Made by a program: the position numbers and the translations under genes. DNA of 64,000 bases from the NCBI RefSeq assembly GCF_009914755.1, contig NC_060942.1; one strand, given 5' to 3'. The DNA comes from the human T2T-CHM13v2.0 reference genome, Homo sapiens. Below are positions 1 to 12,111 of this stretch, piece by piece. Below the pieces are notes generated by a model that saw only the letters and a list, made by a program, of their open reading frames with translations, searched no databases and had not been told where the DNA came from. Numbering within the stretch: position 1 is the stretch's first letter; each line of letters opens with the position of its first letter.

Positions 1-670
1 AGGAACTAGCTTTCTTAGGAACATTTTGGTGAATACTCTTGTAAAAGAGAAAATCACCTTGGAGTTTAAGAGAATTCTGATTTACATACATCAGGTTTGA
101 TTCAAGCAGTGAGGATCTGTATGTGGCAGGATGGGGAAAGCTGGGAAGCACAGCTTTTGAGACTGGAATGGAATTTACTACGTATTTTTAAAGTACAAAT
201 TGCATCTTTACGTGGTGAAGTCCATGTTGTAATGATGGAAAGCAAATCTGTATCTTTGTAACCAGGTTTCCATCACAATGATCTTAAAACCACTAAAAAA
301 TAGAAATGCCATGTGAAAAACATAGGAAGAAAAATCACACATAACTTCTCATTTTATGAATAACTTTCTTTTTCTGAATTTATTCAACATCAACTTGCCT
401 TGTATAATAATAAATATGAATGTTCCAGGGGTGAAGGTGAAGCTTTTTTCCTTCTTTTTCTCTCACTATTCCTCTTCAGACAATAGAAGTGAAGTGGTAG
501 AAGGGAGAGAGATAGTAGGAAAAGTGAATTAGAAATTGTGGGGCAGTTAAAAAGGAGGCCAAAAATAACACTATTCAAGTCTAATGGAACAGATACGTAA
601 CACTGGTAGAAGACAATGTTTGCATTATTTTTTTCAACAAAGACTGATACATAAGGTAATTATTCTCTGA

Positions 671-772
671 CTCATTCATTCAACACATAATTAGTTATTG
701 AATAATCACTTGTTTGGGGCATTAGGCATAAAGAAGTAAACAGCATTTGGCATGGTCTTGTGGAGTTTATTA
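671..772 (-). mobile_element. L2 LINE 3' tail fragment
   Basis: CTCATTCATTCAACAC...TTATTGAAT...CATGGTCTTGTGGAGTTTA resembles the reverse complement of the L2 3' end. Confidence 0.55.
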
Positions 773-2189
773 TTAAGGTGTTAAGAGGGACACCTCCATT
801 CTGGTGGGTCCTGGAGGTAATTCTACAACATTGTCTGATTAATTTATTCAGCCACTTTGTGTCCTCCTACCCATCTCATGAAGGATGAAGTGGGACAAGA
901 GCTAAGCTGTCACTGGGATTCATCCTGGAAGAGAGGGTCCGTGCACCTAATCAGATGCCATAGCAGTAGTTCTCTGAATCCAAGACATGGCCTGGGGACT
1001 TCTGGGGACACACACACACATCCCGACTGATGTTTCAGTTTAGCCTGCCTAGTCCTTCTCACATTTGAGGGGTAGGGAAACAGAGTCACTATCTTCTTAA
1101 AAAGTCATTTTTATTTATTGAAATTTAATATTAATGATTGTTATAAAACTTCTACTTGATTACAAAAATTACAGAATCATACACCTTTATGGATACACAG
1201 TCCCATACACCTTTCTAAAGATATAAGAAAAGCACAGTCTTTTACCCTCAATATTTTCTCTTGTGACTGGACCTGCAGTCTCAATCAAAAGAAAATTTTC
1301 TGAAAGGGCGTACGCCTCCAAGCTTTGAGAATACCTGATGTGCTCACGCTGACATGCTTTAGTTTGCTATTGTACCTTTTTATACTTAGCTAGGCCCACT
1401 GCCCTCTTTTCCAGTGTTTGCCCCTGGTAGCATCCTGCTGAGTCCTTCCCCTTCTCCCCACTCACAGCAGCAACAGACTTCCTTCTTAAGCTTACTGACA
1501 AGCAGCTCAGACACTGGAGCTGATCCAACCCTTTCCTGCCCCTTCCAGGATCTGTTTCCAAGTTTTCCATAGTAGTCGCTGTGAGCACATACTGAGCTGG
1601 TGCCACACCTGCAAACATTTCTTTCACAGCTAACAGAGGCTCCAGCCCTGATTTCTCTCCAGCTGGTGACAAACGTTATAATGATAAGACCCTTCTGTTC
1701 ACGACGTTTGACTTTACCTTGACTCTTAAAATATCCATCAAGAATTGCATTTTTTAAAAAAATGAGAGTGACTTGATGCCTCATTGTTCTTAAAGGTGGG
1801 TGGTTCTAAGCCAATGAAAATTGACTAATGGCAAGGAGGAGGGGGTGCAGTCAGAGCTCATTAAAACAGTGATGCATTTGAAACTTGTTTCTAAGAACAA
1901 TTGGTTATCTCCATTGACAAGGAGTCAGTGCAGGGTTAATTTTCTCATTGTCTTTGTTCTGGCTGTTCCTAGTCTCTTGATACTTCCCCAATAGGATGTA
2001 ATTCCAAAGCTGTTATGCCTGATCATGTTTGTTCCCATATATATCCAATTCTTAAATTCCTCCAGAGAGGTTGATCTGAGTTTAAAGTGAAATAGGGATA
2101 ACTCCATCCTTTAGCCATATTCCCTATTGCTCTCAAATTAATGCTGCTAGCTGCCAAACAACACAGACCTTGTCTGGTGGTATTATAGA

Positions 2190-2365
2190 GTCATAGATTG
2201 TATTCTATGGGAGACCATGAGAGTCACTGCTTCCAAAAGCAGCACTTTTATATAATGAGAAAATAAAGGCCTAGAGATGCTGAAGTATCCGACCAAGGTG
2301 ACAGCTACTTAGTGATACCCCCAAGGAGTCAAGTCCTCTGACCCTTAGACCAGGTCTTGTCCTGT
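2190..2365 (-). mobile_element. MIR SINE (diverged)
   Basis: ATGAGAAAATAAAGGCCTAGAGA...CCAAGGTGACAGCTACTTAGTG is the reverse MIR core. Confidence 0.65.
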
Positions 2366-2544
2366 CTTATAGATTGCTCTTTCTTTCTAGGCATCTTATT
2401 TCATATCACTTTAAACTCAGTCATTTTCTCCCATAATGATGGCAGAGGGAAGGGCAAATGTCCACTTAGGACTCAATTGAGAAACATTCACTTATGCCTC
2501 GCCTGACTCACATATAGAAAGACTATTTTATTTATATGCCTAGT

Positions 2545-2780
2545 GCAATGCAATTAACAGCACAGTCTGCAGGACCACTGCCTGGGATTATAGACCAGTT
2601 TCATCGTTTACTAAGTATGTAGAGCAAAATGCTCAACTTTCCTATTTCCTCTGTAAAATGGGGGTAACAATAGTACTTCTCCATGGTTATTGTCAGGATT
2701 AAGAGAGTTAATCCATGAAAAGAGCTAAAGCAATGCTTGGCAGATGGTAAGAGCTATATAAGAATTTATTAGGATTACTA
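2545..2780 (+). mobile_element. MIR SINE
   Basis: CTGCCTGGG...TTTCCTCTGTAAAATGGGGGTAACAATAGTAC...GGATTAAGAGAGTTAAT matches MIR core and tail. Confidence 0.85.
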
Positions 2781-3146
2781 TCCAATGAAGACTTTTGCAT
2801 TGAGAAGGCTATGTGGGAAAGGCAGAAGGAACTGGAAATATCTAAAATTTCATAATTTTTATCTCTACTCTTGCATTTATCTGCTTTGTGCTCTTCAAGT
2901 GTTATTCCTTTTCAACTAGATTGGAATCCTGGAATGCATGTTTATTTTATTTTTATCTGTTTATATACACCAGGACAAGTGCTGTCTACCCTAATCTACA
3001 TGCTTAGGAGATGTGTGGTGAATCAGAGACTATGGCTGGGGGAAGCCAGAAATACTTAAGTGACTTAGTCAATACAACAAAGCACTAGATAGAAAAGACT
3101 GTACTGATTTTGGGAGTACATTTCATTTTTGTTTTAATTATAAAAA

Positions 3147-3705
3147 TTCATTTATTCAGCAAACATTTATTATGTATTTAGAATGTGCTAGACACTCTTC
3201 CACATTGATGAATAATGGAGACCACAATCTACCCTCATAGTACATATAGTCTATTAAGGAAAGACATACAAAAAAATAAATAAGTAAATTAGAGATGTGT
3301 TACAAGGTGAAAGAGTGAGGGAAGTAAAGAAGGAATTGTGGAGTATATGGGGAAGGGTTGGCTTAACCAAGATAGGGAGGGAAGCAGGACCTCACTGCAG
3401 AGGGGCGTTTGAACAAAGTTTTGAAAGGAGCTTACAGAGTGGATTATGCAGGTTAAGGTAAGACCCGGTGGGGAAGCCTGGGTGAAAAGCAGCTTGGTGT
3501 GGTGAAGGGACAGCAAGCAATCAGAGTGGTGGGGACTCAGTGAGTGAGGGCAAGGGTGATCAGAGTGAGGTCCAAGGGATAATGGGGGCCCAGGTCATAT
3601 CAGGACCCAAAGGTCATTGCTAGGCAAGTGGAATATTTGGAGCAGGCAACAACATGACATACATTTAACCAAATCACTCCAGCAGCTACTTTGAGAATAT
3701 ACTGT
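3147..3705 (-). mobile_element. L2 (L2a-like) LINE 3' part
   Basis: Starts ATTCATTTATTCAGCAAACATTTATT...ATGTGCTAGACACT, followed by a typical purine-rich L2 antisense body ending AATCACTCCAGCAGCTACTTTGAGAAT. Confidence 0.85.
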
Positions 3706-4793
3706 GCTAAGGACTTTGCCCGCAACTTCCCATTAAATGACCATAACAAGCCTACAAGATGGATTATGTTTTCTAAGAGAAAAACTGAGTTATGCTGAAA
3801 GCTTGTAGTGGCAGTTCAGGAACTCAAAACCAGATACACTTATCTCCAAATTTTGTTATTCTTGACCATAAATTCTTATTGTCTCCTAAATTCTTTTAAA
3901 CCTTAGCTATATTATGGCTCTAGAAGAGCTTTTACTCTTTCTATATTTTACAGCAATCTCCTTCTCTTTTGTTTTCTTAGTATTTGCAAATTAGAGAAGA
4001 TCTGTATGTTTACTCCATGCACATGCTAACTATATATGGAAGCCAGGCGTCTGCCCTCCAGAAAAGCAGACTTGAATCACTTGAGTTGACCTGGGCTATG
4101 CTGAGATTGTCCCAATGATAATATGGGTCAATATCACAAGGACTGGCTGAGACAAAGTGAGGGCTTAGGGATATATAACATCCATCTTTTCTAGAGAGGT
4201 CAGTGCCATTGTAGAAACAGGTTGTACTCCAAAATAAGTTATTTCCTTGGAACTCAGAGGACAATTTTCCATTGACGCAACATTAGCTGCTTAGACTGGC
4301 ACACAAAGCCTATTTAAATAACAAAGTGCCTGTGTTATAACCTGGGCCTTCATCGTTGTTTCTTGAGACACAAATTCTCCCTTATCCCTACAATCCATTG
4401 TAAATTGTTTTTTTCTTCAAATACATTTTCTATTTTTCCCTATATCTAAGATGCTATAGGTGTTATTATTCTTACCTTTATTCTTCAAAAATTCCTCAAT
4501 TTTTCTTCCAGTATCCTCCAACTTTAATTCTTCCTAAAATTTATCTCAAAACAGATGATTATCTGTTGATTACAGGATTCAGTAGAAATCCAGTATTAAC
4601 ATTCTAACTTTCTTCTGTCTTATCTACTCCTCATTATATTCCAGTCAACATTAATTATTCACTTTGTCCCCAATAAAAACCACACTTTCCACTTTTGTTT
4701 TTTTAATACAGTTTATCTTTTAAAAATGTTCCTACTTCTATCAACTATCAAAATCCTTTCGTAAACTATACATCACAACATCTCTTTCCTTGT

Positions 4794-5085
4794 TGTGGTC
4801 AGGTTGGGCTTATCCTGCAGACAAAAAGTTCAGTGCCTAAATACCACAAAAGTTTATTTTTTGACCCATGAGAAGTGTGCTGTGTTCTGGGCCACTCTGC
4901 AGGGCAGTGTCCTTCTCCTGCTGGCACTGTGATATCAACAAGTCCTTCCATAATTGCTTTGGCAAAAAGGGTCTGACAGGGGCAACTACACAATCTGGCT
5001 GGGAAGTGACACGCATCAGGTCTACCTACAACCCACTGGCCAGAGCTAGCCACATGGTTCCACCCAAATAATATGTGGGGTGGTA
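4794..5085 (-). mobile_element. MaLR LTR fragment (MLT1J/K/L type)
   Basis: GTCAGGTTGGGCTTATCCTGCAG...AAAAGTTTATTT...GGAAGTGACACGCATCA...CCACTGGCCAGAGCTAGCCACATGG. Confidence 0.7.
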
Positions 5086-6380
5086 TCAGACATGAGTCCT
5101 CTAGTGTTTTTGGAAGAAGAGAATACCAAATAGAGATTAGCACTAAAAGTTTCTATTCCATGGAGGCCTTCCATGTCTCCTTAAATGATAATAATAAAGC
5201 CATTTGTGAATATGTTTCCTACTAATAGCAAGGCAATACCTTTTAACTGCATTTGAATTAATCTCAAGTAGGCATATTCAGGATCATTAGAAAACCTTCA
5301 CTTTTTCTCAGACCTGACCAGATATGCGGTAACAGCCCGAGAGATGGGAGTCCTTGTTTCCAAACTCTCTTTTAACACCTATTACCTGGAGATGCTCATG
5401 GCCTTAGAAACTGATAAGGGAAATCTGATCAAGACTGGGTATTCCAGGAACTCTCAAAAATATTCTGTTAATAAGGAAACACAGTTTCTCCCATGAGAAC
5501 AAGAATATGGTTTTCCCAATTTTTGCCTTGATTATAGATTATAAAAAAGACTAGCTCTCTACTATATGAGGGAAAGACAGCCTTTTTAAAAGTAGAATTC
5601 CAAATATTCCCTGAAATGTCACAGAAAATGGGAAAGGTACCAGAAATAACACTCCCGAGAACAGCATCTTTAGTTAGAGGCCTGCCCTGTATGGAGGACA
5701 CTAAGGAGAGGCATATTTTCTTTGCCTGCTCTAGAAGTTATACAACCAGCTAGGTTATTTTTGGAATCTAGCTGAAGTAATTTTGGGGAAGGTTTTTTTT
5801 TAATATGAAAGAACAATGAGGACAATATAAGCACAGATATTCCAAACAGAATTTCAAATGGAAGCTTCTTTGTCCTTCTAGCACCTTGAACAGAATTCCA
5901 GATAGAGCATTCTGGTTCCCAGGGCATAAAATATTTGAGATTTGTATTGAGTTTGGGACATTAGTTCTATGTTATAACCACCTGCCTTAGTCCTCTTCCC
6001 AATTAGCTGAACTGTGAATCCTGAAGTCAATTTCCATCTGGAGAGAAACAATCAGGTGTAGTATCAATGCAGTACATATAGCAAATATTCTCTTGATAAG
6101 AATTTGCCATGTGCTCTAGAAACAGTAAAGGTGGTGTTGGAGTCTACCATGCTTCCACAGTGCTCTGACATGTTAAAGAAAAGCATAATAGCCAGGGAAA
6201 TAAAAGATGTGATCACAGACTATTTAATACTAACACATTTATCTTTGCTTTCACTTTAACTGTGTTGTGTCTCATAAGGAAAAGTGGGTATGACCTCTGG
6301 CAACCCATGAGACATTTTATGGTCTACTCCAGTGAATTTCAAACATTTTGCGACCATAGACTTCCTTAAAGAGCTGATAA

Positions 6381-6675
6381 ACTGGGCATGGTGGCTCACT
6401 CCTCTAATCCCAGCACTTTGGAAGGCTGAGGCAGGCAAATCACTTGTGGTCAGAAGTTCGAGACCAGCTTAGCCAACATGGTGAAACACCATCTCTATTA
6501 AAAATACAAAAAAAAAATAGCCAGATGTGGTGGTGCATGCTTGTAATCCCAGCTACTCAGGAGGCTGAGACAAGAGAATCACTTGAACCAAGGAAGTGGA
6601 GGTTGCAGTGAGTCAAGATTGTACCTGGGCAACAGAGCAAGAGTCTGTCTCAAAAACAAACAAACAAATGAAAAA
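6381..6675 (+). mobile_element. Alu (AluS type) with a short deletion in the right arm
   Basis: Both arms, A-rich linker and (CAAA)n tail are present; CCACTGCACTCCAG is missing near 6625; degenerate TSD AAAGAGCTGATAA / AAAAACCGATAA. Confidence 0.97.
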
Positions 6676-7399
6676 CCGATAAGATATTGGATCTTATGGA
6701 TCTTCTGATAAAATCTTAGCAACCTTCTACCTAAAAAGATGAAAGAATGCAAGCAATTTGAATACATTTTTAAGAGGTTCACAACCATCTAAATTGCCAA
6801 CTGAGGTTTATGGATCTGAAATTAAAGACCTTAAAATCTACCATTGCCAGTTGCTACAATCACTCTCATGATAACATCTCTAGAATTAAAATCTAATACT
6901 GCAAATAGTTAAGGTTAGAAAAACAAGGTCTTGATATTTCTAAGACTCCTGTAAAACTCACAGAAGAATGGAAAAGTTCATCCCCAAATGTATACCTTCC
7001 CCAGCTTCTCACAACTAACACCTACCACCTGTGAACTGAGACACTTCGAATCACTGATCCAAACTAAACTGTCTCAGGAAATCCTCTAATGGGACTTAGT
7101 TAAGACCCCTCACTTTAGTTATAACTACTGGTCTAGTTCTCTTTTCAGATCTGCTTCCTTGCCAGTCAGGTCAGGGGCTTGTCCTCAGTGGACTTCAAAT
7201 TCTAACTCTCACACCCCTTGTAAGCCATTGTTTTATTTTAGTTCAGTTCATAAGGTTAGGCTTTTGCTTTGGTCTTGACATCTTTTACCATGCATCCTAA
7301 ATTGAGCTTCAATTATTCTCCAGACCTGCAGTCCAGAAATAAGATCCAGCTGCCAGCCTTACATCCAGGATATGCCAGCCAAAGCTGAATAGTAACAAG

Positions 7400-7755
7400 C
7401 TTCTTGTTGTGCCTAAACACCTCCTAGCCTTTGCCTAGAATTCTATCTGGAACGTCCTTCTCAGGATGTTTGGCTTCTTTCTCACTTTAATCACATTTGG
7501 GGGTAGTTGGAGGATTAAGTCCAAGAAAATTCCTGAGTTTGCTTCATCCAATCCAGGTAGAGTCTAATTGTCTTCTCTTCTATAATCTCTGTACACCCTG
7601 TCACAGCACTTGCTATGTCACCTAAATTACCTGGTATGAGTCTCTCATTCACCACATGGTGACCTCTTGTGTGCAAGAATCAACCTGTTCTTCCTTCTGT
7701 TCCCTGAACTTACCATAATACTTGGCACCTCTAGGCACTGACAGGCATCTGAACA
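7400..7755 (+). mobile_element. L2 LINE 3' fragment
   Basis: GCCTTTGCC...TGGAACGTCCTTC...CACAGCACTT...CTTGGCACCTCTAGGCACTGACAGGCATCTGAA. Confidence 0.65.
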
Positions 7756-8353
7756 CTTCCAGGCATGTTTCCTATAGCCCCAGCTTTTGTACTATATCCA
7801 CTCATATATGCTCCCTGATGTTAATATCTTAATGGGTGAGGGAGATGCAAGCCTTTATATACTGTGCCTTTTGTGGTCACCTTATCCTTTAGAGAACAGC
7901 TCTACAACTTAAGAAGCTGCCATAATGATGAATAATTGAAAGTGGCTGCCTTGAGTGTATGATGGAAAAGTCTCAGAAGAAAGAGGAGCTCTGATTGGTC
8001 AACAATGTCACCTGGCGTCTCTAAAGTATGAAATGGCAAGCCACATGCCACCATTTATCTTCCCACAAAAATGAAAAAGTTTTATGATAATCTCAGCACA
8101 GTTTTTCTGTTCATCTACTGTGAACAGAAGTAGTAGATGAGTCATCTACTTCTACGAGTCATCCAAACTATCCTGTGCAAGAACTATCTTCAGTCAGGAC
8201 ATAAGTGAAACAGCATCCCAGCTGGCAGAATCAAAGGCAGAACTTGGTTATGCCACATAGGTGTAAAGAAATCACTAGATCCCTACTATTCTGTTATCCT
8301 CTTACAAACAATAGACTTGTCTCCATAAACTACTTTTGATCATCATCAGGGAG

Positions 8354-8737
8354 TGCTATGGTTTGAATGTGTTCCCCAAAGTTTATGTGCTTAATACCAA
8401 TGCAACATTGTTGAGAGGTGGGACCTGAAAGAGGGGATTAGGCCACACCCTCCTGAATAATTAATGCCTTTATCGGGAGTGGTTTTCTGACAAAAATAAA
8501 GATGAGTTTGGCCCCCTTCCCCCCGCTCTCTCTCTCTCTCTCTCTCACTTTTTCTCCTGCATAAACACTCTAGTTCCACCTTCTACCATGAGATGACAGC
8601 ATGAAGGTCCTCACCAGATATGGACCCCTTGATTGTGAACTTCCTGACTTCCAGAATTATATGAAATGAGTTTATTTTCTTTATAAGTTATTCAGTCTCA
8701 GGTATTCTGTTATAACAGCACAAAATTGACTAAGAAA
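8354..8737 (+). mobile_element. Solo MaLR LTR (MSTC/MSTD type)
   Basis: Starts TGCTATGGTTTGAATGTG and ends CAGTCTCAGGTATTCTGTTATAACAGCACAAAATTGACTAAGAAA; perfect 5-bp TSD GGGAG at 8349-8353 and 8738-8742. Confidence 0.93.
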
Positions 8738-8755
8738 GGGAGGAATGGGTGTTGA

Positions 8756-8842
8756 CAGGGCCATCCCTGCACTGTACAGTTCAGGGGTAAAGTTTGCAAA
8801 TCCCTGACTCACAGTGAATCCCTAGAACTGCACAGTGTAGTG
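8756..8842. mobile_element. Short palindromic MITE, MER91-like (hAT-Tip100)
   Basis: Starts CAGGGCC; imperfect inverted repeat CACTGTACAGTTCAGGG (8770-8786) / CCCTAGAACTGCACAGTG (8820-8837). Confidence 0.5.
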
Positions 8843-9404
8843 TCAGGAGGTATCATTTACAAATGGGGTAGTTAAAAAGATTTTCCTGATTAGCTGCTTT
8901 AATATACAGCCTGTAAGGAAGACGAATATCAAATACCAGTTAGGGACTTCACAGATACCCCAAATAAGAAGCCTGTCATAGGAACTGTTTCTCATTTTTC
9001 TCATTTTCCTCCACACTGTTTGGGAAACTAACCTCATCTCATTATATCTAACCAACTATCAGAAGGTCAATAGGATTTATAAAACATTTTCCACGCACAG
9101 ATCACTAGCCCAGGTGGTTTGAGTATATTTTCAAAGGCAAGGTAGGTGGTTCTTAGAAATAACTTACAGTCTTGTTAGAAAGTTGCTAGATCCAAATAAA
9201 ACCATTACTATGACATATGGCAACATACAGTAAAACTGTAATTTTTGTGGCACAGACTCTTAGTGCTATGGAAACTCCAAGTAAGAAAGAGACAATGTAA
9301 TGGAAAATTCTAGAAAACAAAGCAGTGCATTATCTGCAAGTGGAATACAAGGGAGCATTTCCTTGAAATGGAGTCTTGCGCTCCATGGTGAGTTTTCAAA
9401 GGCA

Positions 9405-9938
9405 TATGGCCCTACATAACTGGTTCAAATTCTGGCTCTTGTCTGAATCTTTAAATGAAGAACAATACTTTCTAAGGTTCCATTTTTATCATCTAAAAAG
9501 TGGTTCCAATAATAATACATTATAGATTTTCTGTGAAAATAAATGGTTTAGCAAATGCAGTTGTCCCTTGGTATCCATGGGGATTTGGTTGCAGATCTTC
9601 TCACAGACACCAAGATCTGCAGATGCTCAAGAGCCTGATAAGAAATGGCAGAGTATGTGCAGATAACCTGTGCACATCCTCCCATATACTTTAATCTCTA
9701 CACTACTCATAATACCTAATACAATGTAAATGCTGTGTAAATAGTTGTTACACTGTATTATTTAGGGAATGATGACCAGAAAGAGTCTATAAGCTCAGTA
9801 TACACATAAATTTTTGAGTATTTTTTACCTACAGTTGGTTGAATCCATGAATGCAGAGCTCACAAATAGGGAAAGTTGACTCTATGAGGTTTATAGCATA
9901 GTTTCTGATGAATAGTTGATGTTTAATCAAAGTAGTAC
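9405..9938 (+). mobile_element. MIR split by the MER2 insertion
   Basis: TGGTTCAAATTCTGGCTCT...CATCTAAAAAGTGG...AATAATA lies before 9558; the MIR tail TATAGCATAGTTTCTGATGAATAGT lies after 9884. Confidence 0.6.
9558..9882 (+). mobile_element. MER2 (TcMar-Tigger) DNA transposon, near full length
   Basis: CAGTTGTCCCTTGGTATCCATGGGG...GCACATCCTCCCATATACTTTAA...TAATACCTAATACAATGTAAATGC...GTTGGTTGAATCCA...GTTGACTC, followed by TA. Confidence 0.93.
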
Positions 9939-9948
9939 AGTTTCCCCC

Positions 9949-11494
9949 GCTTGCTTGCTTGGTTGCTTGCTTTTTCTTTCTCTCTCTCTTTCCTTCTCTC
10001 TCTCTCTTTCTCTTTCTCCCTCTTTCTTTCCTTCACTCTCCCTCTTTCTTTCCTTCTCTCTCCCTCTTTCTTTCCTTCTCTCCCCCTCTCCCCCTCTTTT
10101 TCTCTTTGTCCCTCTTTCTCTCTTTTCTCCCTCTCTCCCTCTCTTTCTCCCTCTCTCCCTCTTTCTCCCTCTTTCTTTCCTTCACTCTCTCTCTTTCTTT
10201 CCTTCTCTCTCCCTCTTTCTTTCCTTCTCTCCCCCTCTCCCCCCTCTTTTTCTCCTTGTCCCTCTTTCTCTCTTTTCTCCCTCTCTCCCTCTTTCTCCCT
10301 CTCTCCCTCTCTCCCTCTCTTTCTCCCTCTCCCTCTTTCTCCCTCTCTTTCTCCCTCTCTTTCTCCCTCTCTTTCTCCCTCTCTTTCTCCCTCTTTCTCT
10401 CTCTCTTTCTCCCTCTCTCCCTTTATCTCTCTCCCCCTCCCCCTCCCCCTCTCCCCCTCCCCCTCCCCCCTCCCCCTCTCCCCCTCCCCCTCTCCCCATC
10501 CCCCCTCCCCCTCCCCCCTCCCCCCTCCCCCTCTCCCGCTCCCCCTCCCCCTCCCCCTCTCCCGCTCCCCCCCTCTCCCGCTCCCCCCCTCTCCCGCTCC
10601 CCCCCTCTCCCGCTCCCCCCCTCTCCCGCTCCCCCCCTCTCCCGCTCCCCCCTCTCCCGCTCCCCCCTCTCCCGCTCCCCCCTCTCCCGCTCCCCCCTCT
10701 CCCGCTCGCCCCCTCTCCCGCTCGCCCCCTCTCCCGCTCCCCCCCTCTCCCCCCCTCTCCCCTGTCTCTGTCTCTCCCCGTCTCTGTCTCTCCCCATCTC
10801 TCTCTCCCCATCTCTCTCTCCCCATCTCTGTCTCTCCCCGCCTGTCTCTCCCCGTCTCTGTCTCTCCCCCCCTCTGTCTCTCCCCCCCTCTGTCTCTTCC
10901 CCCCTCTGTCTCTTCCCCCCTCTGTCTCTTCCCCCCTCTGTCTCTTCCCCCCCTGTCTCTTCCCCCCCTGTCTCTTCCCCCCCTGTCTCTTCCCCCCCTC
11001 TGTCTCTTCCCCCCCTCTGTCTCTTCCCCCCCTCTGTCTCTTCCCCCCCTCTGTCTCTTCCCCCCCTCTGTCTCTTCCCCCCTCTGTCTCTTCCCCCCTC
11101 TGTCTCTCCCCCCCTCTCTCCCCCCCTCTCTCCCCCCCTCTCTCCCCCCCTCTCTCCCCCCCTCTCTCCCCCCCCCTCTCCCCCCCTCTCCCCCCCCTCT
11201 CTCCCCGCCTCTCTCTCCCCGCCTCTCTCTCCCCGCCTCTCTCTCCCCGCCTCTCTCCCCCTCCCCCCTCCCCCCTCCCCCCTCCCCCCTCCCTCTCCCC
11301 CCTCTCTCCCCCCTCTCTCCCCCCTCTCTCCCCCTCTCTCCCCCCTCTCTGTCCCTCCCCCCCTCTCTGTCCCTCCCCCCTCTCTGTCCCTCTCTGTCTC
11401 TCCCCCCTCTCTGTCTCTCCCCCCTCTCTGTCTCTCCCCCCTCTCTGTCTCTCCCCCCTCTCTGTCTCTCCCCCCCTCTCCCTCTCTCCCCCTC
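9949..11494 (+). repeat. ~1.55-kb compound polypyrimidine tandem repeat (VNTR-like, successive 4-17-mer modules)
   Basis: Almost only C and T; modules (GCTT)n, CTCTCTTTCTCC, CCCCCT, CTCTCCCGCTCCCCC, CTCTGTCTCTTCCCCC, CTCTCTCCCCCC, CTCTCTGTCTCTCCCCC. Confidence 0.98.
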
Positions 11495-12111
11495 ACCTGT
11501 GGAAAACAGTTCATTAGTCTGGGGACACACAACGCTGTAGAAAAACATTAACTTACATTGACAAGGAAGTGCAATTGTTGCTAGTATCTCTTTTCTTCAT
11601 AGCAGAAGATATGGTAAGAGGGAAGAGTACACTGCACTGAACACCCAAAGGGTGCAACACCATAGGGACTCAAAATGATGTGAACAGGGGAGAATACTGA
11701 CTTTCCAGTCTTGCCTGTGGCCAACATTTCTTAGAGAATGGATGGTTGTTGGGTAGAAACGAAGAAGTTGGAATAATTTTCACCAAAGCTTACAAGTAGA
11801 CAGTTAGAAGACTAGAGTTTCTGTTAAAAATCACACTAAGCCAAAATATATAAACAATAGAAAGACAACTAAAAGCCCTAAGTCTGGACAGCACACCTAA
11901 GTTCCTAAAGTGAATGCTCACCCATTAGACATGAGAGGATGGGTTGTGGGGCAGGTTGGTGTATTAACAAAATTTAAAATTTCACTGTAAGTTTGGGTAG
12001 CCTGCCTAATATATTTACCAAGACAGCTCATGAATAATTCATTTAAAATGGAAGCCAAAAACACTAGAAATCTCATCTTAGGAAAAATTTTTAAAAGTAT
12101 AACAGTCCTTA

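Noticed and set aside
10432-10760. Possible SVA 5' hexamer region
   Set aside because: No antisense Alu-like segment, SVA VNTR, SINE-R, poly-A or TSD follows
9916-11551. ORFs of 209-541 aa in all six frames (Pro/Leu/Ser-rich or Gly/Glu/Arg-rich)
   Set aside because: Stop codons cannot form where one strand lacks A and the other lacks T; there is no domain content, so these are repeat artefacts
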